A stretch of 64,000 nt of DNA. Source: a virus. How positions within the stretch are numbered: the stretch's first letter is position 1; each line of letters starts with the position of its first letter. This document shows, piece by piece, positions 50,151-60,597 of the stretch. The notes beneath the pieces are model-generated. The model worked only from the letters and a program-made list of their open reading frames with translations. It was not told the DNA's origin and searched no databases. The position numbers and the translations under genes are program-made. The stretch is from IMG/VR virus record IMGVR_UViG_3300027899_000008; one strand, written 5' to 3'.

Positions 50151-51854
50151 TTAACTTACTGCTATTTGTTTAATTGAAAATGTTACTAGATTATTCAACC
50201 CAATTCTTATTACTTTTCCCTTGAATGGTATTATGAACTTAACAGGACTAGTCATTATATTGGATTTGATGGTGACAGAACCAGCAGTTATATTTGCCGT
50301 TCCAACAGAAGTATTATATGTAGTGAGTAAATTTGGACTTGTAAGTATGACAGGTGCTACCGATTGTGATCTGGTGTTCTTAATCACATAAACCGCATCA
50401 GTAGTTGTTGCGGTATTTGCAAATGGTTCCGATATAATTATACTTTGACCAAGTGGTATATCTAATTCATTTTGTAAATTAAATGTGTAATCTGATAGAC
50501 TAGCATTTATTTCCTGCTCCACAAATAACTTGAAACTATCTGAAGACATTTGTATTTCAGGATATATGCTGTTGATATATGTGATAAATTCATTTGCGCT
50601 GAAATATAGATTATATCTTCTAGTGATTCCATATTTATCAGCAAAGAGTGATTTTATTGAATTGACATATCCTTGTTTCTGCGCAGTTGTTCGACCAACT
50701 CCATCATTAAATCCAAAGGAGAAACTCACATACACATTCAAAGCTATTGAATTGACATATTCTGGTAAAATCGTTATTACACTACGCTGCTTGATAAATT
50801 CTATCAGGTCTGTAACCTCTGCTGATAATTTCTGTGATGTGACAAATACTCTTCCATATCTTTTTGGAACAATATCCTCGCCACCATATACATTGAATTC
50901 ATTTTCATCTGCGAAGAATCCAGCTTCCATTATTAGTGCTTTATAATCATTCACCGTGACCGCTCGCTCCTGCGAGGCAAACCACTTTGGTGCTAGAAAT
51001 TTGATATTATCTATTGATGGATCATTCTTTCCACCAAATGATGGGAATCCATCATTTACTAATACATTTCCTAATGTAGAAGAAAATAATGATATATTAT
51101 TTCCTTTTGCTCCACTTGTCTTGATATAGCGAACACGAATAGACGCAACATCTGCTGGTACATTCTTTCCTACAGAATTAACCAATCCAAACGAAATCAT
51201 GAAACCAGTTTCTACTCTCTCTACAAAATATATCTTTTCCTCAATTGTATTAGAATATCCAATGTTATCAATTCGTTTCCATATCTCATCTGTATCGGTC
51301 AGTCGAACTTTAACTTCTAGAGTTTCCAAATCAAAATCAGTATCTGCGAAAACAATTCTTTGTCTTTCAACATCAAGTTCATTGGATACCTCTATATCAA
51401 TCAGAGACTTTCCCTCATAGATGTAGAACTTATCTGTCTCCGAATCGACAACAGGAATGTCTTCCAAACTATAAAATTTATATTGAGTTCCTTCAGAATC
51501 AGAACCAAAGAACACAGAATGTCTTGAAATAGTGGGGTTCAATGCTCCAGTCATAAACACTTTCGCTTTTGCTGCGGTTTTAGATGGAATCGTATACCCC
51601 AATGGTTTTGTAAGGGAAATCAAAGATTCGATTCGCTGTGCAGAATCCAAAAACGCTTCAGATGTAATCATATTTGAATAGAAGGCATAGTAATATGAAT
51701 TATAGGCAAGTAAATCTATGATGGTTGATAACGCTGATCCTTGAAAATCGTATCCAGCAAATACTGGTTGAGTTTTCAGATAATCTGTTAAACTATTTTT
51801 GATATCCGCAAACTCTAAATTCGTAAGTGTAGTTGGAACTATTTGAGATGCCAC
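50151..51854 (-). CDS. gp6: Baseplate wedge gp6
   Basis: LEFADIKNSL, DLLAYNSYY, EAFLDSAQ, QERAVTVNDY. Confidence 0.92.
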   Translation of the reverse strand: MASQIVPTTLTNLEFADIKNSLTDYLKTQPVFAGYDFQGSALSTIIDLLAYNSYYYAFYSNMITSEAFLDSAQRIESLISLTKPLGYTIPSKTAAKAKVFMTGALNPTISRHSVFFGSDSEGTQYKFYSLEDIPVVDSETDKFYIYEGKSLIDIEVSNELDVERQRIVFADTDFDLETLEVKVRLTDTDEIWKRIDNIGYSNTIEEKIYFVERVETGFMISFGLVNSVGKNVPADVASIRVRYIKTSGAKGNNISLFSSTLGNVLVNDGFPSFGGKNDPSIDNIKFLAPKWFASQERAVTVNDYKALIMEAGFFADENEFNVYGGEDIVPKRYGRVFVTSQKLSAEVTDLIEFIKQRSVITILPEYVNSIALNVYVSFSFGFNDGVGRTTAQKQGYVNSIKSLFADKYGITRRYNLYFSANEFITYINSIYPEIQMSSDSFKLFVEQEINASLSDYTFNLQNELDIPLGQSIIISEPFANTATTTDAVYVIKNTRSQSVAPVILTSPNLLTTYNTSVGTANITAGSVTIKSNIMTSPVKFIIPFKGKVIRIGLNNLVTFSIKQIAVS

Positions 51855-52250
51855 TTATCTTGTCCTTTCTAACGATATTGATAAACTATCTGTAAACCCA
51901 GTTGTCGTTATAGAATATACCACAACTATGTTCAATTTATTTGGATTGATTGGACTTACCTGTAATCCAATATCCTTTAATATTACTCTGGGTTCAAATG
52001 TATTGATTGCGTTTGCTATTAGATGCTTACATTCAAATGAGGTCATTTGACTTAGATGGTCGAACAGGATGTTTCTTGGATTAGCACCAAATGTCGGAGT
52101 AAATGGTCTTTCTGTCTTTATGGTCATCACTATGTTCTTTAATGCTTGCTTAATAGCATTTACATCCTTCACCACATTTGTATCGTTGGTGAATGGATTT
52201 TTAGTAATAAAGAAAGGTATATCCACATATGATGTTGTTTTCTGTAACAT
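51855..52250 (-). CDS. gp25: Baseplate wedge gp25 (likely start MLQK at 52250)
   Basis: AIKQALKNIV, ERPF.P.FG, FEPRV; ATAAATA at 52256-52262. Confidence 0.9.
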   Translation of the reverse strand: MLQKTTSYVDIPFFITKNPFTNDTNVVKDVNAIKQALKNIVMTIKTERPFTPTFGANPRNILFDHLSQMTSFECKHLIANAINTFEPRVILKDIGLQVSPINPNKLNIVVVYSITTTGFTDSLSISLERTR

Positions 52251-52251
52251 A

Positions 52252-55200
52252 TTAGTATTTATCGTAAATATCCGGATCAAATATAGATTTAGGTTCCTTG
52301 AATTCATTAATATCATAATCAATAGAATCTCTTACCAATGAAAGTGTCATGACATAGTTTTTCAAAGAGTTAAAGTGATGCTGTATGCCAGACACTAACC
52401 ATTTACCAGATACTCTTTTGAATTTTTCTTCTAATAACGGACTATTGTTTACAAATACCTGAACCAGAGAACCAATAAACACATTATCGTTACCACCAAC
52501 GGTTATGGTGATTGCCTGTGCTTGAAGAAGATTGACTTGCGCTTGTCTCAACAGAGGTGCTTTATGACTTGTATCCCAGAATGTAGCATAAGTTCGTGTA
52601 TATTCCAGATATTTAGCAAAGTTCTTTCCCTGTTCAGGACAATTACAACTACATGTCGAATCTGGATTTGACCATTCACATCCCAACCAATCCTTACCCA
52701 GAACCTCTTCTATCAACTTACACTCAGATAGGTCATTATATAACTTATAGAGTTCTAGGTATGTTGGTTCTGCTTCAGTTGGCATTCTATCCTGCGCAGG
52801 GCAGTTACAATACGGGCTAGCAGTACATCCCTGAGATGATACCAGTGGTGGAGTATTTGGATTGGCACACTTCAATCCTAATTCCTCGCACGATCTGGTT
52901 CCTCTGGCAAATACCATGAACTGAAGAGCAAAATTACGATCAAAGAACTCGTATTCTGTATCTACTGGTGGAGTGGTAAGACCATATTCAGTTTCACCAC
53001 TCATGTCATACTTCCACACATCTTCTGTCACCAATGTTGGTCTGTAAAGAAGAGCAGAACCAGCAAGATAGTGCATCAGGGAATCGTTGAAATATTTCTT
53101 GATTCCATCTGGTAGAGTATTCTCAGTATTTGCGGAAATATATGTATTTGGATCAGCATCTTGTAGGAATACTGATAAATCACTATCGCCGAGAATATTC
53201 TCTATATCAATTGTTCCCTTGTTCGCAAGGGTAATCCAGTCTTGGAATTCTGTGCCATACCATGATTTCCAGTATGACGGATTTGCCGTAAATACACCCT
53301 TACCGCCATATAAATCTCTTGCCTTTGTTCTCAAAGATTTAAACATATTGGCAAATCGAATTGGTATGAATAGATTTCTTGGAACAAATATAGACCACCA
53401 AGAACGATGTGGTTTGAGTTTTCTATAACTATTTGGCAGTATGGAAGACCCAACCGCAGACGACCTATAGAGTGGGTCGAACTGCTTTCCCGAACTCATT
53501 CCATAGTGATATAGTGATTCCATCCAATCCTGTGACGGATCTTCGAAATTAAAAGCACCACCATTGTGGAAATCCTGATCCCTGTTTCCTCCATGAATAT
53601 CTTCTTGTGAGTGGTCATATGCGTAGTAGGTATATTGTGTCTCGAATATTGGTTCTGGCCATAAATCCATTCCATTATAATCATTGCTTAAATATTGGGT
53701 CTTTGACAATACAGAGCCAGTATCATGATTCCACCAAGAATAGTAATTTCCACGATCAATTCCAGCAAGTTTGCGGTTAACAGGAATGTCATCCTTGATT
53801 TTTTTAACAGCGACATCAAATCCATATGGGTCCATTCCTATAACTGCTGTGTTATATTTGACCGATTGTCTTCCAAATGGTCCAGGAGTTAATTGTACGA
53901 TATATGGCAAGAAGTATTCTGTACCAGCATCGCGCACAAATCCATCTGGAAATTCTTTAATACGATCCATTCCAATTGGAGTATTGAACTCAACGCGAAT
54001 GTATGAAGTTATTTCTTCCTTCTTCACATTTGGAGGTGTGCTTGTTGCTCCAGTTTGGTAGAAGTTAAAGGTATCTTTCAGGGTTAAAGCAGAAATTGGA
54101 TTCAAATCGCCTTGTGCGAATTCAGTAACCGAAGTCGCAATACCACCAGCAAAATTACCAACATTTGTTATATTTCCAAAATCTGTACTTGGAATATGAA
54201 GCAATCCTACCTCGACATGTTCTTTTCCCCTATATTCCGGACCATACTCCCCCCCCATATTTCTTATTTCTGATCCTAGTTGAAATGCTGGAGAATCTGT
54301 AGAATCTGCGTCTTCAGCACTATACCAGTTATAGGATTCTCTAGAAGTTATGAATGGGTTTTCTTTATATTTCTGATCGTAATATGGATGTGCTGTAGAT
54401 CCTGGATTATTTCCAAAGAAAATGCTATGAACCCATTCACCAGCAGATGCTCCAGTTATACCTTTAGATTTAGAAAGAATTTCATATCTGCTTCCACGAA
54501 TTTCTTTTCTGGTTATCTTTTTAATATTTTCAAGACTTAAATGAGTTTTGGTAACCAATCCCGTTTCTGTATGTGGATTGTTAAATACATTCTCTCCAGG
54601 TTTCTTTGATTGAAAGAATGCTTTTCTATCAAACCATTCCTGATATGAATCAATCCATATTTGCTTGTATGTATTCTGAACATTATCCATCAAGGATGTA
54701 AGCAATTCCATCTCAATATCAATTAATTGTAATTCAGCAATACAAGTCCTTGCGAGTGCTTCAAGAGCAGTTGAACTCAAGCATGTAGTATTATAGCAAT
54801 TTCCAGTAGTAATACATGCTTTGGTAGTGTCTCGAATAGATACATCTACAATTCCAGGAATCAATACATTATTTGTTCCATAATCATAGAATGACGGAAC
54901 AGAATCCTGCGCTGCCCAAAGATATGGAGCAGCATAGACATATATTGGAGAATATGATGCAACTGATGCATCATTGATATGACGAATATATCCACGAACG
55001 ACAGGATCGTTAGAACACAATTTAGGAACATTTAGTTGAACTATATCCTCTTCTGTGGGGATTCCTGAAGGTCCAGTTGGTCCTGTTGGTCCTGTTGGTC
55101 CTAGTATACCATCAGGGTAGATACAATCATTACAACTCTCTACAATAATTCCACCGGTGAATAAACACCATTGGTCATTGATATTTGCTGCACATAGAGG

Positions 55201-57594
55201 AACTCCGGCGCTGATCAGGGAAAAACAACACGAATAAGGATTATCAGGACAAGTAGGACTACTCACTCCATTATAACATCCTGACTGCATACATTGATTT
55301 AAGCTATCAAAGATACACCTAGCATTACCTTCTTCAGCACAATCAGTAGGTACACACAGATTGTTTGTACACGAAAAACACCCAGCGGGATCCGCAGCAC
55401 CACCACCCGCACCACCACCCGCATCACCTGGATCGCTTAATGCCCTGAATTGAGGTGGAGAGTCAGAAGATAAAGCTTCACCTGCTCTAAATGTTATTTG
55501 ACTACTTGTAGGAGTTGATGCTGTTCTAAATTGAGGAATTCCTATACCTTTACCATTTGGTATAGAATTAGATGGAATCATTCCAAATTCATATTCTGTT
55601 ATTGGCCAATCCAGTATGGTTTCTCCTGGAATCGCATCACCCACATATTTGTATCCTTGAACCAAATCAATTGGGCGTTTATGGTCTGAAGTCTTGGGTA
55701 TTAATGATGAAAGTAATATACCATCAGCAATGGTTTTATATGAACTTACATTATTCAGAAAACTCTTAAGTGCTGTTTTTCTGCCATCTAAATGTGTTAT
55801 GAGTATCTGATATTGATTAATAGAACGATCAATCACACCACTAACATAACTAGTGACATCTTCCTTTAGATTAAAGAAGTCTCCGATTGATTCATTGTAT
55901 GGTGATTTAGTTAAATCGTAGGATTGAGTTAACCCATTGAGAAATGTTACTCCAGAATCATAATTCAACTGATCAGTCAGCGATCCTGCTGCTACTATTT
56001 TATATTCCTGATTGAATTCTGCGAACATTCCCGTGGGACCAAACAACATCGTGTATGTTGTTCCTGTGTTTGGTCCTGGATTATTGAACATTTCTATGTC
56101 AGCGGTTGATCCCAACGCACCATCTTGATGGCAGCAGACCGTGCATCTGTAGGTTTCCCATTTTCTCTTAATGTTCTTCTTGCGATTATACTCATCTCTC
56201 TTTTTCTTGAGAGGTTTTCTAATCAAGTTGTGTATCTTATGAAATTCTTTAATCTTTAGATTGCTTAGATCGTATTGTGGTTGCCATGCGATAGAACTCC
56301 AAGGTCCAGATTGTGTATTTCCAATATGATCCCACCATTGAGGAAATGGTGTATTCATTGGTTGTTTGCTCATATAACCATATATCGCGTCATCGTATTG
56401 TTGTGTGGATGGTTTAACCTTTCCAACTTCATTCTTATTTGTGGAATCTATAGTCTTGCTTAGAAATTTCTTATCTCCAACATGATGCCATGAATCATAA
56501 TCCGCATTGTAATCAAAAGTTACATCAGAATATATTAATCCATAGTTGGTGTCAATGAAATCTAGATAAGGGTCATTATAATTTGGATCCACTCTGACAT
56601 ATTGAGCATTTATAGCACCAGATTCATTCAATTCCGTTATATTAAATTGTTTGTCTATATTTAATTGATATATTCTTTTTGGATTAAATGTATCTAGAGT
56701 CACCAAAAATCCATCTACCACTTTGCCTTTTTGATCGCGAATCAACTTATCTACACTCTCAAAGTGCCATCCCTTACGATCATGCCAGAAACTATAATTG
56801 ACAGCATTCGGATTTTCTCGTGAAACCGCATTCTGCGCAATGTAATTTAACAATGGCAATAATCTAAGTTGACCTTTATGCTTCATCCATGGCCATGAAA
56901 CATGGTTATATTTCAACCAAATGCCATTACTGGTAGGTTCGATAAATGATGGAGTTAATTCAAACTTGGCAAAGAGTTCATCGACAAGTCCTTTCATAGG
57001 CTCGGATGTAGTAGATGTAGTGGGTGTGACGGGTATGGCAGGTGATTCTTCTGTTCCACCAATATAACCAACAAAATCTTCCATATTTTCAAGATATGTT
57101 TGCTGATAATTTGAAGTTAGAATATCATTGCTGGTAAATTCAATCTTCCAAATCGAAGAAGTTTCCACCTTCTTCATCTTAATATCTAATTGGGCATCAT
57201 CTGTTACTTTTATTATATTGAATACTCTAAACTCATACATCATACATACGGATTTATCTTCTTGACCTACTAGAGTCTCATTACATCCTAATGTTATCTT
57301 TTCCGTTCCATTTAATACAAATTCATCTCCCCAATTCAAATAATCATAAATGAACAAAACACCATACATGAATGGTGAATTTAAATTCTCATTATATGCC
57401 ATAGATATGAATGGATTTCTAACTCCACGATCACTCCATGGAACCAAATCAAATGTAATGGTTTCTCCCTTATCGTTCACCTTAGAAAACGATAACATTC
57501 CAATCTTGCCCTCAAGAACTGATATACCAATCTGCGTGCTTGAGCTCTCATTGATTCCACTACTTACAAGTTTGTTATATAACTCAGCGTCCAT
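52252..57594 (-). CDS. Giant gp27-like baseplate hub protein with large insertions (Cys-rich, collagen)
   Basis: N-terminus (ENLNSPFMYG, FWHDRKGWHFESVDKL) and C-terminus (GNDNV.IG...SGKWLVSGIQH...LVRDS) resemble hub proteins; follows gp53. Confidence 0.6.
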   Translation of the reverse strand: MDAELYNKLVSSGINESSSTQIGISVLEGKIGMLSFSKVNDKGETITFDLVPWSDRGVRNPFISMAYNENLNSPFMYGVLFIYDYLNWGDEFVLNGTEKITLGCNETLVGQEDKSVCMMYEFRVFNIIKVTDDAQLDIKMKKVETSSIWKIEFTSNDILTSNYQQTYLENMEDFVGYIGGTEESPAIPVTPTTSTTSEPMKGLVDELFAKFELTPSFIEPTSNGIWLKYNHVSWPWMKHKGQLRLLPLLNYIAQNAVSRENPNAVNYSFWHDRKGWHFESVDKLIRDQKGKVVDGFLVTLDTFNPKRIYQLNIDKQFNITELNESGAINAQYVRVDPNYNDPYLDFIDTNYGLIYSDVTFDYNADYDSWHHVGDKKFLSKTIDSTNKNEVGKVKPSTQQYDDAIYGYMSKQPMNTPFPQWWDHIGNTQSGPWSSIAWQPQYDLSNLKIKEFHKIHNLIRKPLKKKRDEYNRKKNIKRKWETYRCTVCCHQDGALGSTADIEMFNNPGPNTGTTYTMLFGPTGMFAEFNQEYKIVAAGSLTDQLNYDSGVTFLNGLTQSYDLTKSPYNESIGDFFNLKEDVTSYVSGVIDRSINQYQILITHLDGRKTALKSFLNNVSSYKTIADGILLSSLIPKTSDHKRPIDLVQGYKYVGDAIPGETILDWPITEYEFGMIPSNSIPNGKGIGIPQFRTASTPTSSQITFRAGEALSSDSPPQFRALSDPGDAGGGAGGGAADPAGCFSCTNNLCVPTDCAEEGNARCIFDSLNQCMQSGCYNGVSSPTCPDNPYSCCFSLISAGVPLCAANINDQWCLFTGGIIVESCNDCIYPDGILGPTGPTGPTGPSGIPTEEDIVQLNVPKLCSNDPVVRGYIRHINDASVASYSPIYVYAAPYLWAAQDSVPSFYDYGTNNVLIPGIVDVSIRDTTKACITTGNCYNTTCLSSTALEALARTCIAELQLIDIEMELLTSLMDNVQNTYKQIWIDSYQEWFDRKAFFQSKKPGENVFNNPHTETGLVTKTHLSLENIKKITRKEIRGSRYEILSKSKGITGASAGEWVHSIFFGNNPGSTAHPYYDQKYKENPFITSRESYNWYSAEDADSTDSPAFQLGSEIRNMGGEYGPEYRGKEHVEVGLLHIPSTDFGNITNVGNFAGGIATSVTEFAQGDLNPISALTLKDTFNFYQTGATSTPPNVKKEEITSYIRVEFNTPIGMDRIKEFPDGFVRDAGTEYFLPYIVQLTPGPFGRQSVKYNTAVIGMDPYGFDVAVKKIKDDIPVNRKLAGIDRGNYYSWWNHDTGSVLSKTQYLSNDYNGMDLWPEPIFETQYTYYAYDHSQEDIHGGNRDQDFHNGGAFNFEDPSQDWMESLYHYGMSSGKQFDPLYRSSAVGSSILPNSYRKLKPHRSWWSIFVPRNLFIPIRFANMFKSLRTKARDLYGGKGVFTANPSYWKSWYGTEFQDWITLANKGTIDIENILGDSDLSVFLQDADPNTYISANTENTLPDGIKKYFNDSLMHYLAGSALLYRPTLVTEDVWKYDMSGETEYGLTTPPVDTEYEFFDRNFALQFMVFARGTRSCEELGLKCANPNTPPLVSSQGCTASPYCNCPAQDRMPTEAEPTYLELYKLYNDLSECKLIEEVLGKDWLGCEWSNPDSTCSCNCPEQGKNFAKYLEYTRTYATFWDTSHKAPLLRQAQVNLLQAQAITITVGGNDNVFIGSLVQVFVNNSPLLEEKFKRVSGKWLVSGIQHHFNSLKNYVMTLSLVRDSIDYDINEFKEPKSIFDPDIYDKY

Positions 57595-57597
57595 ATG

Positions 57598-58545
57598 TTA
57601 AAATCCAATTGATATTCGTTTGCCTATGCTATTGCTTGTTAGCAATTGCTCCATGAGAGTCAGTGCGGGACCACAATATTCTGGTTTTAGAATTCTCAAT
57701 TTTTGCGATCCTCTATATTTATCCAATTCATAAGCATAGTATGATAACTTCTCCACTCCAGGTACACTTCCTCTGTTGGTCATATACGAATAGAGTAATG
57801 TTCTAGCAAAATTCTCACCAGTTAGAGCAAAGTCGTCTGTGTGTATTGTGTCTTTACTAATGCTATCACTGGTTATTGAAGAATTTTCATACACTACATT
57901 TGGTGGTATTACCAAATCGCTATTAATGGTCTTGAAGTGAATGGGACTATTCTTTTTACTTTCTATGAATTTAATATCAGTGTATTCTGTAGTATTTGTT
58001 ATATTGATGCTGCTAATAAAATTCAACTTTGTTGCGCTTCCATTTGGATTTTGTCGAGCAAACATGATGTTATCACCAATTGAGAATTCACCAGAACCCC
58101 CATGTCCCCAAACACTTCTGAAATTTTTATCAAAATCTGTGACTATTCGATAGAAATCATCATCAATTTCAATCACACCATATTCAGAATTCTGCGTGAC
58201 TTTAACCATCAAGTCTCCAGGTTTTAAATCTGGAAGATTAGTTATATAATATGCTTCTCCACTATATTTCGTATTAAGGCGTTCTAGAAAAACATTATCA
58301 CCACTATACCATTCATCTTCACTAATAATATTATTAGTCATCAGCACTAACCAACTATAATACTCATTTCCATATACACTCCGCGCTACATCTTCTGGAT
58401 CTTCACCTTCCTGTATATAATAGTAATCATATGCTCTTTCTGAGGTATAATCGTTTAGAAATGTAACTCTTGTGAAAATATCACGAAGTTCTACTTCCCT
58501 ATTTCCTATTGTATATAATATTTTTTTATAATTATTAAATAACAT
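57598..58545 (-). CDS. gp53: Baseplate wedge gp53
   Basis: LRDIFTRV, YYIQEGEDPEDVA..YG...YSWLVLMTNNI (LysM-like), RILKP. Confidence 0.88.
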   Translation of the reverse strand: MLFNNYKKILYTIGNREVELRDIFTRVTFLNDYTSERAYDYYYIQEGEDPEDVARSVYGNEYYSWLVLMTNNIISEDEWYSGDNVFLERLNTKYSGEAYYITNLPDLKPGDLMVKVTQNSEYGVIEIDDDFYRIVTDFDKNFRSVWGHGGSGEFSIGDNIMFARQNPNGSATKLNFISSINITNTTEYTDIKFIESKKNSPIHFKTINSDLVIPPNVVYENSSITSDSISKDTIHTDDFALTGENFARTLLYSYMTNRGSVPGVEKLSYYAYELDKYRGSQKLRILKPEYCGPALTLMEQLLTSNSIGKRISIGF

Positions 58546-58554
58546 GGATATCCT

Positions 58555-59508
58555 TTAAGTGGTAGCTGCTCTAACAGCGGCTACCTGTAGTTGTAATCCC
58601 GCTCCAGACCTATTTTTAATTCCAAAGGATGTATTACCACCCACACTTGGTGTTCTTACTGCTGCTTCGATTTCCACAAAGTTCAAAGTAACACTATAGG
58701 CAACTGGTTTGATGTTTCCATCCAACGCAGTAAAGGAAGACGCATCTATTGCTGTTCTACTTACAGCAATATTTGTCAAGACAGATGCTTGAGGTTGACT
58801 AGTCCATTCTATATCATTCTTAATGTCATCTAAAGCACCAGCTGCTATAAACCACATTGGAGGATGAAAGAAGAATTGAAATCCTAAAGCACTTCCTGCT
58901 ATACTTTCTCCAAGTGTAGTTGGAAGGGCTAATGCTTCAAATGCGCTAATAATTTGTGATGCTCTTTTAGAATCAGCTGCGTTGAGACATGGCATATATA
59001 ATTGAACCTGGAAACTTCTTTTAGATCCAGATTGAAGTGTAGTTTCGTGAAAATCAGAATCTATCAATTGACTGAATTGTTGAATTGTTTGTTTTGCTCC
59101 AATTGCACTTCCTATTCCAATAAGTTTTGCTAATTTACTATTACCAGCAACTAAGTTCATCAGTTTAGGTAATTGCTTTTCTGCAAGTTTCTTAAGTCCT
59201 TCAGCGATTGCCTCATTTCCAATAGGAATGACATTTGGATTTTCCTCTTGCTTATATCTCATAGCGGTTTGTGTTGTCAATTTTGATGGCATGGGAACAG
59301 CAATAACTGCTTTAACATTTCCATATCCACCAACATTGACTACAGCACCAGCTCTAAACAATCCATTTTGACTATACTCTACGCAATTGAATTTTAAATA
59401 TAATGGTATCTCAGATGCTACACTCGAATCTGATGGAAATACAAGAATTTGTTTGCTTTCCGATAAACTTATCGGATTAACTCCCCATCCTTTATTGTTT
59501 AATCCCAT
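58555..59508 (-). CDS. gp48: Baseplate tail-tube cap gp48-like
   Basis: IAVPMP, KRSFQ, PVAYSVTLNFVEIE; upstream of gp53. Confidence 0.7.
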   Translation of the reverse strand: MGLNNKGWGVNPISLSESKQILVFPSDSSVASEIPLYLKFNCVEYSQNGLFRAGAVVNVGGYGNVKAVIAVPMPSKLTTQTAMRYKQEENPNVIPIGNEAIAEGLKKLAEKQLPKLMNLVAGNSKLAKLIGIGSAIGAKQTIQQFSQLIDSDFHETTLQSGSKRSFQVQLYMPCLNAADSKRASQIISAFEALALPTTLGESIAGSALGFQFFFHPPMWFIAAGALDDIKNDIEWTSQPQASVLTNIAVSRTAIDASSFTALDGNIKPVAYSVTLNFVEIEAAVRTPSVGGNTSFGIKNRSGAGLQLQVAAVRAATT

Positions 59509-59521
59509 TTTTAAATTCCTT

Positions 59522-59529
59522 TATAAATA
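59522..59529 (+). promoter_or_regulatory. Late promoter TATAAATA for gp4
   Basis: Exact match, 6 nt upstream of ATG 59536. Confidence 0.7.
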
Positions 59530-59535
59530 TTTCAT

Positions 59536-59967
59536 ATGCCGTATAAAACAAAATATTTTCCAAAAAATCCTACAAAATATATAGGCGATCCGTCTAAGAT
59601 ATTATGTAGATCGTTATGGGAAAGAAGATTTTGTAAATTTTTGGATGAAAATTGTCATATTTTAAAATGGTCATTTGAAACGCTAAAAATACCCTATATC
59701 TCTCCAAAAGACAATGATATACACATATACTACCCAGACTTTATAGTCGAAAAGAAGAATAAAGATGGGAATATAAAGACCATAGTTGTCGAAATAAAAC
59801 CATACAAACAGACACAAGAACCAAAAAAGAAAAAATCAACCAGAAATATGTTGATGGAATCCTTAACTTTTTCGATAAATAAAGCTAAGTGGAAAGCTGC
59901 CAAGACATTTTGCGAAAAATATGATTGGGAATTTATAATACTTACAGAAAAGGAATTATTTAAATGA
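59536..59967 (+). CDS. gp4: Head completion nuclease gp4 (TnsA-like PD-(D/E)xK)
   Basis: PKNPTKYIGD, RSLWERRF, YYPDF, VEIKP, NKAKWKAA. Confidence 0.93.
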   Translation: MPYKTKYFPKNPTKYIGDPSKILCRSLWERRFCKFLDENCHILKWSFETLKIPYISPKDNDIHIYYPDFIVEKKNKDGNIKTIVVEIKPYKQTQEPKKKKSTRNMLMESLTFSINKAKWKAAKTFCEKYDWEFIILTEKELFK

Positions 59968-60590
59968 ACTTTGCAAAAAGTATGCTTGCAGCAAGAACTA
60001 GTATTCTTCAACAAGGAATACAGCAAACCAATAGATATGTCTTTAAAGAAAGCAATAGTGACCCCGAATATCCATATTCAGTGGTTTTACCTGGATATGG
60101 ATATGACCTAATCGACCACTCTATTTGGAGTATAATACGAAAAATACCATTCAGAAAAACTTATACTGAATTACAAGTTACCTTTATTGTTGGAAGTGAT
60201 AATTATAGCAGATACATCAATAAGTGGCAATCTGCCATATCAAAACCCGTTCGTAGTAATGGAGGAGTGAGTAGCGCAGCAAATTTCGCACAACTGAATG
60301 GAATAGGAACAGGTGGATTCGATGCTGATGTTGCTCTATTAACAGACGAGACTTCAAATGGTGCTATAGACATACTAGGAAGTGGTGGTGCGGTGAACTA
60401 TATGGATAAATTTTACACCAACGATGTTACTATTTCCTTGTTAAGTGAATCTGACAACAGCACCAATGCTATGTTTATATTCCATGAAGCATTCATATCT
60501 CAAATCGCCCCTATCCAACTAACCTCAGTAGAAACCGGATATTCAACATTTCAAGTCAATTATAAATTCGCATCAGTAACAGCAATATGA
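59964..60590 (+). CDS. Tail-tube-like baseplate protein (gp54-like)
   Basis: TNRY, IPFRKTY, FQVNY tube-like pattern; precedes gp26. Confidence 0.5.
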   Translation: MNFAKSMLAARTSILQQGIQQTNRYVFKESNSDPEYPYSVVLPGYGYDLIDHSIWSIIRKIPFRKTYTELQVTFIVGSDNYSRYINKWQSAISKPVRSNGGVSSAANFAQLNGIGTGGFDADVALLTDETSNGAIDILGSGGAVNYMDKFYTNDVTISLLSESDNSTNAMFIFHEAFISQIAPIQLTSVETGYSTFQVNYKFASVTAI

Positions 60591-60597
60591 GTTAATT

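Noticed and set aside
564-59584. Many short plus-strand ORFs and nested minus-strand ORFs in the track
   Set aside because: They overlap well-supported T4-core genes and lack motifs or RBSs; treated as shadow ORFs. The exception is 22717..23499, which has clear domains.
59536-59967. Tn7 TnsA transposon gene
   Set aside because: Motifs, late promoter and context match the T4 gp4 head-completion nuclease; no other tns genes or transposon ends.
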